64,000 nucleotides of DNA, from the NCBI GenBank assembly GCA_963693365.1, contig CAVNZM010000001.1, forward strand, positions 6,030,907-6,094,906. Reading direction: 5' to 3'. The notes under the pieces were generated by a model. That model saw nothing but the letters and a program-made list of their open reading frames with translations. It had not been told where the DNA came from and made no database searches. The stretch's first letter is position 1. Each line of letters starts with the position of its first letter. The position numbers and the translations under genes were made by a program. Source of the stretch: Amoebidium appalachense. Taxonomy: Eukaryota; Protista; Ichthyosporea. Below are positions 35,381 through 48,126 of the stretch, one piece after another.

Positions 35381-36993
35381 ACCACCACCACCACCACCAC
35401 CAATCACCCCCTCCTTTGATAGCCACCCGACACCCAGCATAACACAACTGGAACACTGGCCCATGTGGTCAGCCACCCCCCCCCCCCCCCCCCCCCCCCC
35501 CCTCCCTCCCCCTCCCCTCTCCTCTGGGGGGCCCACAATCTTTCTATATCTGGCATAAGCACATAAGCACTGGGGCAAAAAGCAGGTGGGATACACACCT
35601 GACAGGTTTGGCCTATCGACCACGGCCGAGTAGACCTGCAGGGACGCATATGCATCAAGGGCAGCGTAGGTGGCCTGCACCTCTGATAGCGGCTCGTGCC
35701 AGTTGGAGCATCGAACAAGTGCCGGCTTGGGCAGCTTCTTGCCTATGACCTGGGCAGTGATGTCGGCCAAGCCCCGGGCCGCAGAGGTGATAGCTGCACG
35801 GGCATAGCAGAACCGGCCCAGCTCCAGATAGCTGGCCACAGGGGTGCCGTAGTCCTTGTTGAGGTGGGCCGAGTCCGTGCCGATCTGCTTGCCCACCTTG
35901 ATGATGCTGGGGTCCCTAAGCAGCGCAATCAGCTCGTCCACCAGCCGCGCGGGCGGGCTGTGGTTGGGGCCCATGCGTGCCAAGTGGAAGATGTACACGG
36001 CCCGTGCGGTGGCAATCTGCAGCGTGCAAACCTTGGACCGCGCCTGGCCCACCCGATAGACCCACTCGCAGTCCAGCCCCACCACGCGGTGCTGCTGCCC
36101 CTCCAGGTCGGCACGAATGGCCGCTGTAGCCACCACCGCCCCCTGGCAGTCGGTGTACACCGGCTTAGGGTAGTTGGCCGGCAGCTCCAGCCCAGGCAGA
36201 CCGTCCGTCACGCTTACCAGCGCAGCCTCGTTCAGACGGACGGGGCATTTTGGCCGGGCTAGGGTTGGAAACATGCGCTCAACAAACGCCCGGTCTTGGC
36301 AGCACCGATCTGTGTAGAAGAAGGCCGGGCCCTTGCTGTTGAGCGCCGCCGTGGTGGCAGAGATGCGCTGGATCACGGGCTCAATCTCCTGGTGGCTGCA
36401 GTCCCGTGTAAATACCTGCGCCCGGATCTCTGGGGTGCCGCACTGTGTGAGAGGGCATCTCCGAGCAGCCATGCATGTTCTAGCTTCCCTTACCACATGG
36501 CCCTTCACGAGACTTCAGTGCCCACACAATCCTTTCCCCCTCCCTCCCCCCAAACCCATGTGCCCACATACTTTCCCCTCCCTCTCCCCCAAAACCCTTC
36601 CCCCTCCTTCCCCCCAAACCCATGTGCCCACATACTTTCCCCAGGCCTCCCTTTCCCCCAAAATCTTCCCCCCCCCCTCCCCCCTAAACCCATGTACCTA
36701 CAATCCTTCCCCCTTCCTCCCCCTAAACCCTTGTGATCACAATCCTTTCCCCCTCTCTGCCTTCCCCCCAAACCCATGTGCCCACGATCCTTCCCCACTC
36801 CCCCTCCCCCCAAACCATGGGACAGCCCTCCATATGGCACCTACTGTCCCCCCCCCCCCCCCCCCCCACCCCACCCCGGGCCTCTTGCCCTCTCTACCTT
36901 CAACCCCGACGGTGGTGTCTCTCCCCCCCCCCCCCCCCCCCCTGCATCCCTTGCAATCACTGGCCCCTACTCCCATTCTGCTTGGCAGAAGCT

Positions 36994-37040
<47 letters not shown>

Positions 37041-37276
37041 ATTCCCCGCCAAAAGAAAGCTCCACCCCAGCCCACCCCAATCTCTACCCAGCAAAAACAC
37101 ATACACACATATCTGGAGCTTCCTAGTTTTTGCTCGACAGGGCAAGAATTGTCCCCAAAACCCACATACTACAAACCTCTACTCACAGTGTGCCACCTCA
37201 TTAAATGTGGAGCCTAAGAGATTTAAAGGCCCTAGAGGGGGAGGGGGGGGGGAGGGGGGGGGAGGGGGGGGCGTGT

Positions 37277-37307
<31 letters not shown>

Positions 37308-37963
37308 GTGGGCGTGTGTGGGGGGGGGGGGAGGGGGGGGAGAGGGGGCCTGGGGGAGAGTGGGGGGAGGGGGGAGAAGAGGAGGGACCACACACCGCCA
37401 AGCTCGTTTACACAAGTCCATAGGCCTCGGTACAGAGGCTCCCCATTGATGCCGGTGAGCTTCCCAATTTGGAAGGTGTGGTCGGCCTTGAGCACGTTGT
37501 TTACGGGCTTGAGCTGCGTGTCCAGGCTCTGGTACTTTGCCGTGCGGTCGCTGAACTCAGTATACACGGCACTCAGGTATTTGCCTGAACCCCAAGTACT
37601 GTTAGAACTCCACCACCCTCCCATCAGGACCATCCCCCCCATTCCCTCTAGTCCCTCGTGTTCATCTCACCTCTCTGTATTTTCGTAAGTCTGTATGGCT
37701 TTTCCCATCTCAAAAACGCTACACACCCATCTCCGGCCGTTTGCCCCCCCCCCCCCCCCTCCCCCCCCCCCCCCCTCCCCCCGCCCTCCCGGCGCGCGCA
37801 AACCCTCCAAGTCATTGCACCAACTTTCACCTTCTTTCCCCTTTGTGCCCCATCTGCAGTTTGTCCCCTGCACGTCCGTTTGCCCTTCCCCCCACACCCT
37901 CCTGCCACTACTATAATAACCATTAAGTACCGCCACCAAGATCCAGTCTACCACCATGTGCCC

Positions 37964-38005
<42 letters not shown>

Positions 38006-38158
38006 CCCCTCTCCACCTCCTTTCCCCCAACACACACAGACACACATGCGCACACCCACCATCTAATTTCAGGCATAACAGTTCTCCACGATTTCCCAAG
38101 CACACTCACTGGTACATGGACCGTTATGCTTTCACCCCTCTGATGATCCCTCTGCCCC

Positions 38159-38194
<36 letters not shown>

Positions 38195-39699
38195 ACCACC
38201 ACCACCACCACCACCACCATGACTGATTGCCACCACCACCACCTAATCCATCACCATCGTCCCCCCTCCCCCTCCCCCCCCCCCCTCCCCACACACACAC
38301 ACACACACACGGACCCACAAGTACACGCACACTCACAGGCGCACATCCACCACCACACATCCACCACCACCATAATAGAAACTTATTGACCACACTTCCA
38401 AAACCCATTTCCAAGTCCCCCCCCCCCCTAAAAAAAAAAATAAAAAATAATAAAACAAAACCCTACCAAGCCAACCCAAAAAATGCCCAAGCACGTGCAT
38501 ACAAAACAATGGGGACCATTTACACACCCAAAATGCAGTGCACACTTGCCTGAAGGCACATGTCCAGCGTAACCATTTTTGTCACCAAACGCCGAGAACT
38601 TAGCCGCCTGCTCCTCTGGGGGAAGTTCTGTCAGGCGCTGGTCGTGGGGGCGGAAATCGTTACGCTTTTTGAGTTCATACTTGGTCCAATGCAGCGCCCT
38701 CGAGTAATACAGGAGCCGCTGCTCGTCGTATCGCTGCTTGTGGAGCTCCGAGAGGAGGGTGGCAAAGGCGTTTGGGCCCACACCTTTGTCTGCCAGTGCA
38801 CGCAACAATGTTACCACCTTTAGGTCGAGCCCACTGCGGTGGCTAAGGTAGGCCGGAAACTGATCACGCATGAAGAGTGGAAGGCGTTTAATTGTCTGGG
38901 GGTTTGTGCCGGCAAAGTTTTTTTTGCATGTGTCACAAAAGTACCGGGCCGTGATAATGTAGTAGCAGCTGTCAAAGTCGATAACACGCCGTCCTACGGG
39001 GTTGCTCATGAACCCATTGCGAGAAGTACGGTGTGGGTTGGGGTGGTTGTGGGGGTCCACGTAGTGATCATCGAAGGGGCACGGCACCATGAAACCGGGA
39101 GACAACCTTTCCGGAAGCCAGGCAAAACATCTGGGTTTGTAGAAAGGCGCTGGATCGCCCCCAAATTTAAAGCCTATAATGGGAGGTGGAAGATGCCACC
39201 CCACAGGCGTCTTCTCATCTTTGAGACTCTCTTTCACTGTGTGCAGGTGCGACTTGATTGTTTCGCCCGCCGCGTCAGAAAACTCCTCTCCACCGTCATC
39301 CCCGTCCGTATTATCTTCTCCCTCTTCCTCCCCTTCATCCTCGTCTACCCGGTACGCATCTGCTGCTGCATTTAGCAAAGGTTCCTCGTCGGGTTGCACC
39401 TGTATGTCTGGTGGGTGTGGAGCAGGGGCCCGATCCATTTCTCTTGGTAACGAATGGACGCTACCTGCCTCAACTACACGGGCCCTTATGTCGGCGGCCT
39501 TAGATAGAGGGGGCTGTTCGGGTTGTACGTTTACGTTTAGTTCCTGCAAAACAGCTTTGTTTGCCGTCCCAAAACCTGCAAAGTTCGCTAAAGGCTGAAC
39601 AAATGCAGCATCTTTTTTTTTGCGCCCAGCTCCCTCCCTAGCTCCGCCTGTTTTATGCCCAGGGCGCTGTGTTGTGCCCTTAGGGCAGCCTGGCTTCAT
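31823..39699 (-). CDS. Dada-superfamily-type DDE transposase with inserted DEDDy 3'-5' exonuclease (~1538 aa)
   Basis: Exons 39699-38550, 37584-37396, 36429-35599, 35153-34513, 34052-33846, 33421-31823 sum to 4617 nt in one frame. Motifs in order: DUF6729-like RRVIDFDSCYYIITARYFCDTC...FPAYLSHRSGLD; D1 LKADHTF; NELGEIRAQ; D2 FYTDRCC; exonuclease VGLDCEW...YAALDAY; DxxH LNDAFH; GCLSDPPG; E in YRCIRGTNEVEG; C-terminal CxxC..C..C finger. Confidence 0.85.
36520..36820. repeat. Degenerate minisatellite in transposase intron 2
   Basis: About 6 copies of AAACCCATGTGCCCACA(T/A) separated by C/T-rich tracts. Confidence 0.7.
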
Positions 39700-42600
39700 T
39701 TTAAACACTTGGGGCCTGGCCCCCTGCCCCCCTAGTGCGACTACGTTACCGCAAACATTCCCGTATTCCAGTGTGCTCGGCAATGCTGCTCATGGCCTTC
39801 CCGGACTGGTTGTGACCAGTAAAGAGCGCGCCAATTCCTGACCGCCGCCTACAGCAGTGTATGATCTGTTATCCATATTCGGCAAAAGGGGTCTTGCCCA
39901 ACCAATGGCTTGAATCCTTGTAACTTTGCTTTATCCATATAAGGTTAGCTGAACACCCCCCCTCCAATCATACCCCCCCCTTCTCTCTAGTAGTAGCTCC
40001 TGGCATGCCGCACCCCCCCCCGCCCGACCGATCTGATTGCGCACATCCATGTGCGAGGAGTGTAAATGCTTTGCAAATGGTGACCGTTTTCAATGATAAT
40101 GGACATCCAAGTTTTTAATAGAAAAATAGTGACTCTGCGTCACAACTGTCTATCATGTTTTAAAAAAAAGAAAGAGGAGGGAGAAGGAGAAGAAAGTATA
40201 TACTTTTTAACATGAAGCAAGCAACTTGAACGAAAGAACTAATTTGGCTCAGCCTTGATGGAGTGGCTCACCCAAGCCACATTGTTGTGATGTGATTGGT
40301 GGATATGCCCTTGTGCTTGCATACGTGGGTTTGCTCTTAAGCACATATATCCAGTCTCAATAACCCAAACAAATATCACTAGAGTTTATCCCAAACTCTT
40401 AAGCTCCGCTACACATGCGCACAGTTTGTGTACTTGATAGGCGCTAAGTCAAAGGATAATAGCTGTGAGAAAGAGCAACCTATTTTTTTTTCTTTCAGGC
40501 TAAAATGGTTTTATTCGTGTTGGGGCAGCTTGCAACACGGCCACAGTAACTGCGACACAGTTGCCACACGATTGTACAGTGCACCCCTTGTGCACTTGGT
40601 AGACGCGCTCGCTCTCTGCCGCGTGCCACGGATACGGTATATCCGAAATTTCGAATCTGTCGATCCCCTGATGAAAACTTCCCACGACGTACCGTGTGCC
40701 TGTACTGTTTCTGATGGTTAGAAACGACGTAGCCCATAATCCTTCACCTTAACACCGTTATTTATTCATGTGGGAACCACTGGAAAAATGTCAGTTGCTC
40801 AATTCGAACGAAAAATGAATACAAGAGAGTCTTCAAAGGAACCGTTACCGCTTACCGGAACCCAAAGCCTTCCGGTAAATATATCTTATGTTGTTCTGCA
40901 TGACCGCCAATCAAAATGACTACTACGCTTGAACAATCTATGATACGATTGGTGCTTATTGAGACCTAAAATACCCATCCAATCAGATTTTAGTGGCCAG
41001 ATAATCTTCACCTGCATCACGTCAACAGGTTTCTGTGTCATTCCGTTTGTGTGAAGCATCAACAAACTGAGGGGGTCATAAAACAGTGGAAAAGCCAAAG
41101 GCAGTCAAAGTATCAAGTTTGAACTAAAACGACTACCCTCCCTAGATTTGTGTGTGAGAGCTGACGAACGGTTAAAAAGAGTAGCAGGCAAAACGCTAAG
41201 ATACATACTTCGGCTGTCCTGTGCTTAATAAGCCTTATCACAAACTCATATATAATCAGTCACTGTGTGTGTAAACAATTCAACATGTCTCCACGTTTCG
41301 CCCGTGTTCGTCGCAACTGCAGCATTGACAACATGACCACCCTTGGGTGTTCGCGGCCATGTGACTGTGACTTTTACATGATAGACCCTGAGAACGCAGC
41401 AGCAGGCCTCATAGCGAGCCCACGGGGACACATGCCCTCTTCTTCCACAGCACGCCATTTTGTCGCCGTCTCACGCTCGCCACAATTTGTGCGGAGAAAT
41501 GGTCCACCAACGCACAGCAGTGAGATGCTATTTTTTGAGCCGTGCAACGAGTGTATGAATGACCCATCAGCACGTGCTGTTCACATGTGCCACGTGGTTG
41601 GTCTTGTGAGAATACCAGAGGAACTTCTGGCACATTCTATTGGTGGGGGTGCAACGAGTACTTGTCAGCAGTTTGGTGTGTGCGAAACGAACGAGATTGC
41701 TGTCAGGCAGTGGGAGGCGGTGAGGAAAACAAACCTCAGGCATAGGGCCGAACACGTTGCAGGGGTGATTGTTTGCTAAATTATTGCCTTTTTTAGATTT
41801 AAAATATATCATGGCTGTGGGCTGCTGTAACTTAGCTTTGCTCTCGGTTTCATGCTGGTTGGAAACGCTTTTTCAACATCAAATAGATAGACGCGACAGT
41901 TGGAATAATCAGGTCTGGAGATATGAAACTACACGGGTTTGCTCCTTTTTCCTCTCCTTTTTATCAAACTGGATGACACATACCTGTTTACTTGTACATA
42001 TTTGAAATAGGTACTGCACTCAGTGCCACATATGCGGCCGTGTGCTGCAGAAATACACTTACCAGGGCGGTTGGCTGGTCCCCGTTCTATGATCTAGTAT
42101 GTAAGCAAGCATCATTGCCCCCAGTCATCATCATGTATAGTTTACACACGTGTGCAAATAACTGATGCATAGATCACAGAAACAGACCATTTTAAAGCTG
42201 GCAGCCTTTTTTAAGCTAACTAACATGCGGAATGGTTCACATGCATATGCATAGCTAACACATCATGTACGTTCACGGCTTTTAGCGTCACTGAGATCAT
42301 GCATGTGGCGGAATGTGTGTGCAAACCTCGCAGAATTGCATTGTGACACAAAAAAATGGCACATCACAGCGTACAGCATATACACAGCACTTTCTCAATC
42401 ACGCAAAGGCGCACAAACACAATGTCATGTCCACATGTCTCGTGCATAAGTTTGTTCACTGGGCCCACGCGTCCACGTGTGGAACCGCACGAAACACACA
42501 CAAGCGTGCACACTCACGCACACGCACACACACACGCACACGAAGAAAGAAACAGTCACACTCACAGTCACACACTCACACACGTCGCGACGCACACATC

Positions 42601-42739
42601 CATGTGTGTGCGCGCACACACCGTACAAACACATGCATGCACACACACACACTCACACACACACACACACGCGCGCGCCGTAAAAACACACGCACACAGG
42701 CATGCAGTGCAAACGGGTACACGCACGCATGCACACACG

Positions 42740-42790
<51 letters not shown>

Positions 42791-42875
42791 AGAAACACAG
42801 TGACACAAACACACACTCACACACACACCGTAAAAACACACGCACACGCACGCAGTGCAAACGGGGACACGCACG

Positions 42876-42911
<36 letters not shown>

Positions 42912-44635
42912 ACACACACAGACAAAGAAGAAGTTAGAAGAAAACGAATCCATTCACATTAACCCTAACAGACACTGTACGGTATGTGACCGAATCCGCC
43001 TAAACCACCTGACGCATCTGACCATTACAGCACTCACACCGACGCCCACACGTGTACACTGAAAACCAGGGTGTGTATACACTAATACTATGCCCTAGTT
43101 AACATATGCAGGCTAGGAGAAGCACGTAAGTATAGAGACAAGAAAGCGGGTGCTACAGCTAGTCTGACACCGCACGACTAGTGTAACGTTTACTCGGACA
43201 CACAGCCCCGCCCAAGTGACCCAAGTCTGGAATGTACCAGCCTTTTATAGTCCCTTGGTTTCCGTCGGTTCGGAGAGCACTGCTCGTATACTTTTGTAAG
43301 GCGACAGCCAATAGGCATGTGGCCCTACTTATACTAAAGTACATGACATATACATGAGTACATGAGCTTCTCCTGGGTGATCATAATCTAGCTTCACGTT
43401 ATACTACAGTGCTACATGTGTGTGTCTAGTGCCCAATAAAATGTCTACGGCACACAGAGTGTGCCGTGCACCTAAGATACATGCTGGCAAAGTGTTCACG
43501 TTCTTTGCATCGCTCCTAACTGCATACTTAAGGTGCAGAGCAACTGCCCTAATAAGGAATACAGCTAAAATTGATGCAGCCGATTGGTAGCTGCTTCCGA
43601 GGCTCTATTCCAGCCTCTGCCGAGAAGACACAAAAAAAGCACGTAGACTGGCTGTGGGGGAACAGCACGGTGTGGACGTGAATGTACGGCAACCATGTCT
43701 ACAACACCCAAGAAGTAGCCGGATTTCTGCAATCATCATCATTGAAATCATATACAACTTGCACTGCATGCATTTTGTTTCAAAAGAGGGTTGCTGTAAA
43801 CAGGCACTGTAAACATCTGTCCACTCCCAGGTGATCCGTTGGCAAAGAACCCAGCGTTCGACACTAATCAACTCGCAGTTATATGGGTTATCACCAGCTA
43901 GTATATCTAAATGGTTTGGCACCCTCCCAGCCTGGGTCCTGGAAGGAGTACCTAAAAACAGCAACTGTAATGCTATCTGACGTATTTGCATTGATATTAG
44001 TTATTATACCACACATGTACACACCCAGAAAGTAAAATGACCCACAAATTTATATTTAGTTGAAAGCAACATTTAATTGTGTGGAGATAAATCGTGAAGA
44101 ATGAGGTCATGCATTTATTCGATTTGCAGGTGAGTGGAGCTTTCTTGGAGCCGCACCAAATGGTGGTTAGGGGGCGTGTGCTGGTTGGTTGTGCCGGGTG
44201 GGTGGGTGGGCTGGTGGGGATTGTACACAGTCTGCATGTAGGTTTACTCGCGGATGCATACTATCAATAAGTGCCAGTAGCCTGCTAGATAACATCGTAG
44301 AACCGGAGGTTATGGGCGGCTTCATTCTCTTTTCTGCCTCTCTTCCTCAGTATATCCGTTTAAAAAGGACCGTCCTAGATCACCTCATTAGTGCTGCACA
44401 GTATGTTATTGTGGGCGGTGTCTTGCCTTTCTCTCAGAGCTACCAATGCTAGCCTCTGCGTATCTTTAATCTATACTAGGGTTGTAATATTGCGTACCGT
44501 GTACATATGTCAGTAGCTGTATTTGATTGGCTGCGCTGGAAAACGCAGGAAGCCGTCAAGTGAGGCTGGGCCCCAGAAGATGTCCGGATCGTCAGCAATG
44601 AATTGTGCGTAAACCCCAGGTACCGTCCACGAGAG

Positions 44636-44748
44636 AAAATACTGTGATAATTCGAAAATACAGTGATAGTTCGAATATACCGTGATAATTGGAAAATACA
44701 ATGATAGTTCGAAAATAATGTGACTCGAAAATACCGTGATAGTTCGAG
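44636..44748. repeat. Tandem ~19-bp repeat array, possible subterminal repeats of a non-autonomous DNA element
   Basis: About 6 copies of AAAATAC(C/A/T)GTGATA(A/G)TTCG. One inverted copy lies at ~45022-45040 (ATATTATCACGGCAATTTT). Confidence 0.75.
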
Positions 44749-45243
44749 ACTCTTGGCAATGATTGAAAGCGAATACATACTGGAATGATACCGGTGCCGT
44801 GACCTGTATGATACGTACACGGCAAATACTGTTGTTATTAACAAAACTATATCTCCGTGACCTCCCTGACAGTGAAAGTTTTCTGCTATTAGTGCACGGT
44901 GTACATGTGGAGTCCTGCTGGAAAGTTTATCGAGGACGGACGGGATATGAGAGGGCAGCCCCCAGGCCGGGGAGCGAGGAGGAGGAGGAGGGGGGGGGGG
45001 GGGGGGGGGGGGGGGGATTTAATATTATCACGGCAATTTTTTTTTTTTATTTTTTTTTTTGGGGGGGGGGGGGGTGGGGAGGGGGAGGGTGTGGGGGGGG
45101 GGGGGGGGGGGGGTCATACTACTTATGTATTATATCACCAATCAAATATTACATGTAATACAATGTATATGCAATTCGAATTCAATTTCATGGTGGTCCC
45201 GTTCATTTACCCTCTCTCTTTCCATCCATGACCGTCTCCCCAC

Positions 45244-45279
<36 letters not shown>

Positions 45280-46081
45280 AAAACCCACCACCACCATCAC
45301 GTACCCACCCACCCTCCTTCTCTCCGGGTTCCTCCCGGCCTCTTAAGCTTTTGACCGAATCCCGAACATGTGGTGCTGGGCCATGGTGGGGTGTGTGCAC
45401 ATGCATGCATCTGTGTGTGGAAGGAGAAATGTTAATTGTGATCATGAGTGTGTGCACGTGTGTGAGAGCTGTGCATGGTATGTGACGCTGCGTGTGTGTG
45501 TATACGTGTGTATACGTGTGTGTGTGTGTGCGTGTGTGTGTACACGTGTATTGTGTATCACACCGGTGTGGTGTGTGTGTAATATGCCATATGCTGTACA
45601 TGTTGGTATCAGAGGGCAGGTGGGGCCGGGGTCACCGTGGGGGAATGGGGGGAGTCAGGGAGGGTGGGGAGGGGGGGGGGGGGAGGTGGGGGGAGGTGGG
45701 ACGGGGGGACATGTGGACAAGTCGGACATAATTGCACAGATTCTCCCACATACTGGATTACAGAAGAAAACCCGAATCGGAGCATGTGTACATTTATCAA
45801 ATCCATAATATCTTTTATTACGAGTGTGCTTTAATGAGTGGTATGAGATACCAAAAACATGGCTTCAGAATCCGAGTTACACATCATGATCACTTTACCC
45901 CCTTTCAAGCGTTTCACACAATATACGCTTAATCCCATTGTTCACGCACATGGTCTATACGAACAACAAATCCGTCCAGTCTACTGGTTGATTGCAAGGA
46001 GAAACTGGGTGCATGAATATCTGGCACCTTTTGCAGACACCAAAAATATTCTGTGTTGTATGTGTTTTTAATGCGTGTGTG

Positions 46082-46171
<90 letters not shown>

Positions 46172-46517
46172 CTGTGTGTGCGGCTGTGTGTGTGTCCATG
46201 CGTGCATACATTCGTTCTTGCATATACCTGCATGCACATCTTCCTACAAAATGTTTCTAACAGATTCTACAAAAAAAACGCCTTAGGATACATACCATAC
46301 GTATACAAACATCGATTTGTCATCCATTGTCGCCTCTAACCCAGCCACCTAAACCTGAGATCAACCCCTCCCCTCCAACCACCACCACCGTCGCTCCCGG
46401 GACAAGAAAAAAAAAAAAAAAAAAAAAAAAAAAGGACGAAGAACAGATAAGCAAATCAACAAAATGGAGATTAAAGAGCCCCCCCCCCCCCCCCCCCCCC
46501 CCCCCCCCTTCCTGCCC

Positions 46518-48039
46518 TTACATACCCCCCCTGTCCCCCTCATCCCTTCTCTCAATCTGCACCGACACCAGGGTTGAGCTTCTCCTCTGCCCTGGTCTGT
46601 GCTGTCTGCCTGCCTGTGTGTTGACCCACGATGTCTGCTGCGCCTGCCCGTCCCCATACGTCCCCCACGTCCCCCCCTGGTTGCTCTCCCCCCAACCCGC
46701 TGCCCCTCCCTGCGTCCAACCTACCTGCCCACCTACCCCAGCCCAACCATTGCCATATCTAGGCATGGGGGGCACACTGGCACCTTGCATCCACCCCCCC
46801 ATGTACATGTCTGCACCCATAACTACACCTGGTGGTTGGGTGGGAGGGGCCACAGGTGCAACCGACACATTTGATTGGTTGCTTGAATGCGTCCGTTGCC
46901 GTTTTTTCCTTTTATGGTCATGCTCACGTGCCCTCTTCCCCCCTGCAACACCCCCCTTTTCCTCCTCGTTCGCTTCCAGTGGCGTATTCACTCGCGATTT
47001 CACGATGTGCGCAAATTGGGAAATTTCGCCCGGACCCACCACGAATGCAACCTGCACACCGGCCTCGACCAATAGGAGGGCCTGCATGTACAGCTGCAGC
47101 AACCCCATAGTGCGCCCCCGCCCCCCGGCCGCCGCTGCCGCCAGCTGCACCAATAGCAGTGCACGCCCCGACACCTTGGCAACCAATGACATCTCGTCCT
47201 CGCACAACAGTGCAACCGCCGTATCCCATTGGAGCACGATGGACCCCCGCCCCAGGGGGGGTACTGTCGGATTGGTACCCCCCTCGCGTGTAAATCTTCG
47301 AGTCAGCAGCTTCGAGACCATGACGAGAAAGTTCCCCGTTTGTGCGCGATTGTGCGTTTCCACCACGCCAACACCCAGGGGAAAACCCTCTGCTACAATA
47401 TTCACAAAGTGTTTGCTATGCTCTCGGAAAGAGCCCAAGCTCGCAATCATAACACACCGCGCCACATTCTTTCGGGATTTTTCACGTTCCGCACTGCCGG
47501 CCGACGGCCCATGAACCCATGAGCCCGATCTCTGGGACCATTTTGCTCGACTGACCAATCGCTGGGCCGTTTTAGTCAACAATTCCACCATCCCTTCATT
47601 AAAGACAAACCCGTTTTCAATCTCCGCTAAAATCTTCCTCTCTCCCTCCCCGCCGTCCGATCCTCCAACCCACACGACCCGCACAAAGCACGGGATCTCT
47701 CCCGGAGGCAGAACACGCGTGTCCATCCCAGAAGCCCACAAAAGATCTAGGTAGATCTGGCGCGTATTTTCGGGAATTCGCTGCGACAACTCCACCAAAA
47801 TCCTACTCGTATCTACGGTCGCGTACAAATTCCGATACAGCTTGTCAAAGGGGTCGCTGAATAGAGCGTCCTGGCATGATTGTGCAAGATTTGCATCGCT
47901 GATTGTGCCCGTTGTTCCGTCGTCAGAGAGTTGTGCTATGCCGTTGAGGGAAAGAAACGACACGGCACTGTCAAAGGCGGATTGGGTGCCGGGACGGCAA
48001 AAGTTGATGTCTTCGGAATGGTGCAGCTGCACACGGAGG

Positions 48040-48126
<87 letters not shown>

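Larger units (their letters stand above)
30790..44494 (-). mobile_element. Dada-type DNA transposon, boundaries tentative
   Basis: The transposase gene lies in an ~18-kb stretch with no recognised host gene. Candidate ends are a 16/18 inverted match (CGCAAGATAACAACCCTA at 30790-30807; TAGGGTTGTAATATTGCG at 44477-44494). No convincing TSD was found. Confidence 0.35.

Noticed and set aside
35342-36508. Stand-alone WRN/EXD2 exonuclease gene
   Set aside because: It is exon 3 of the transposase, in frame with the flanking DDE motifs.
41267-41779. 170-aa ORF as an annotated gene
   Set aside because: No recognisable motif or supported splice model; mentioned only as possible cargo.
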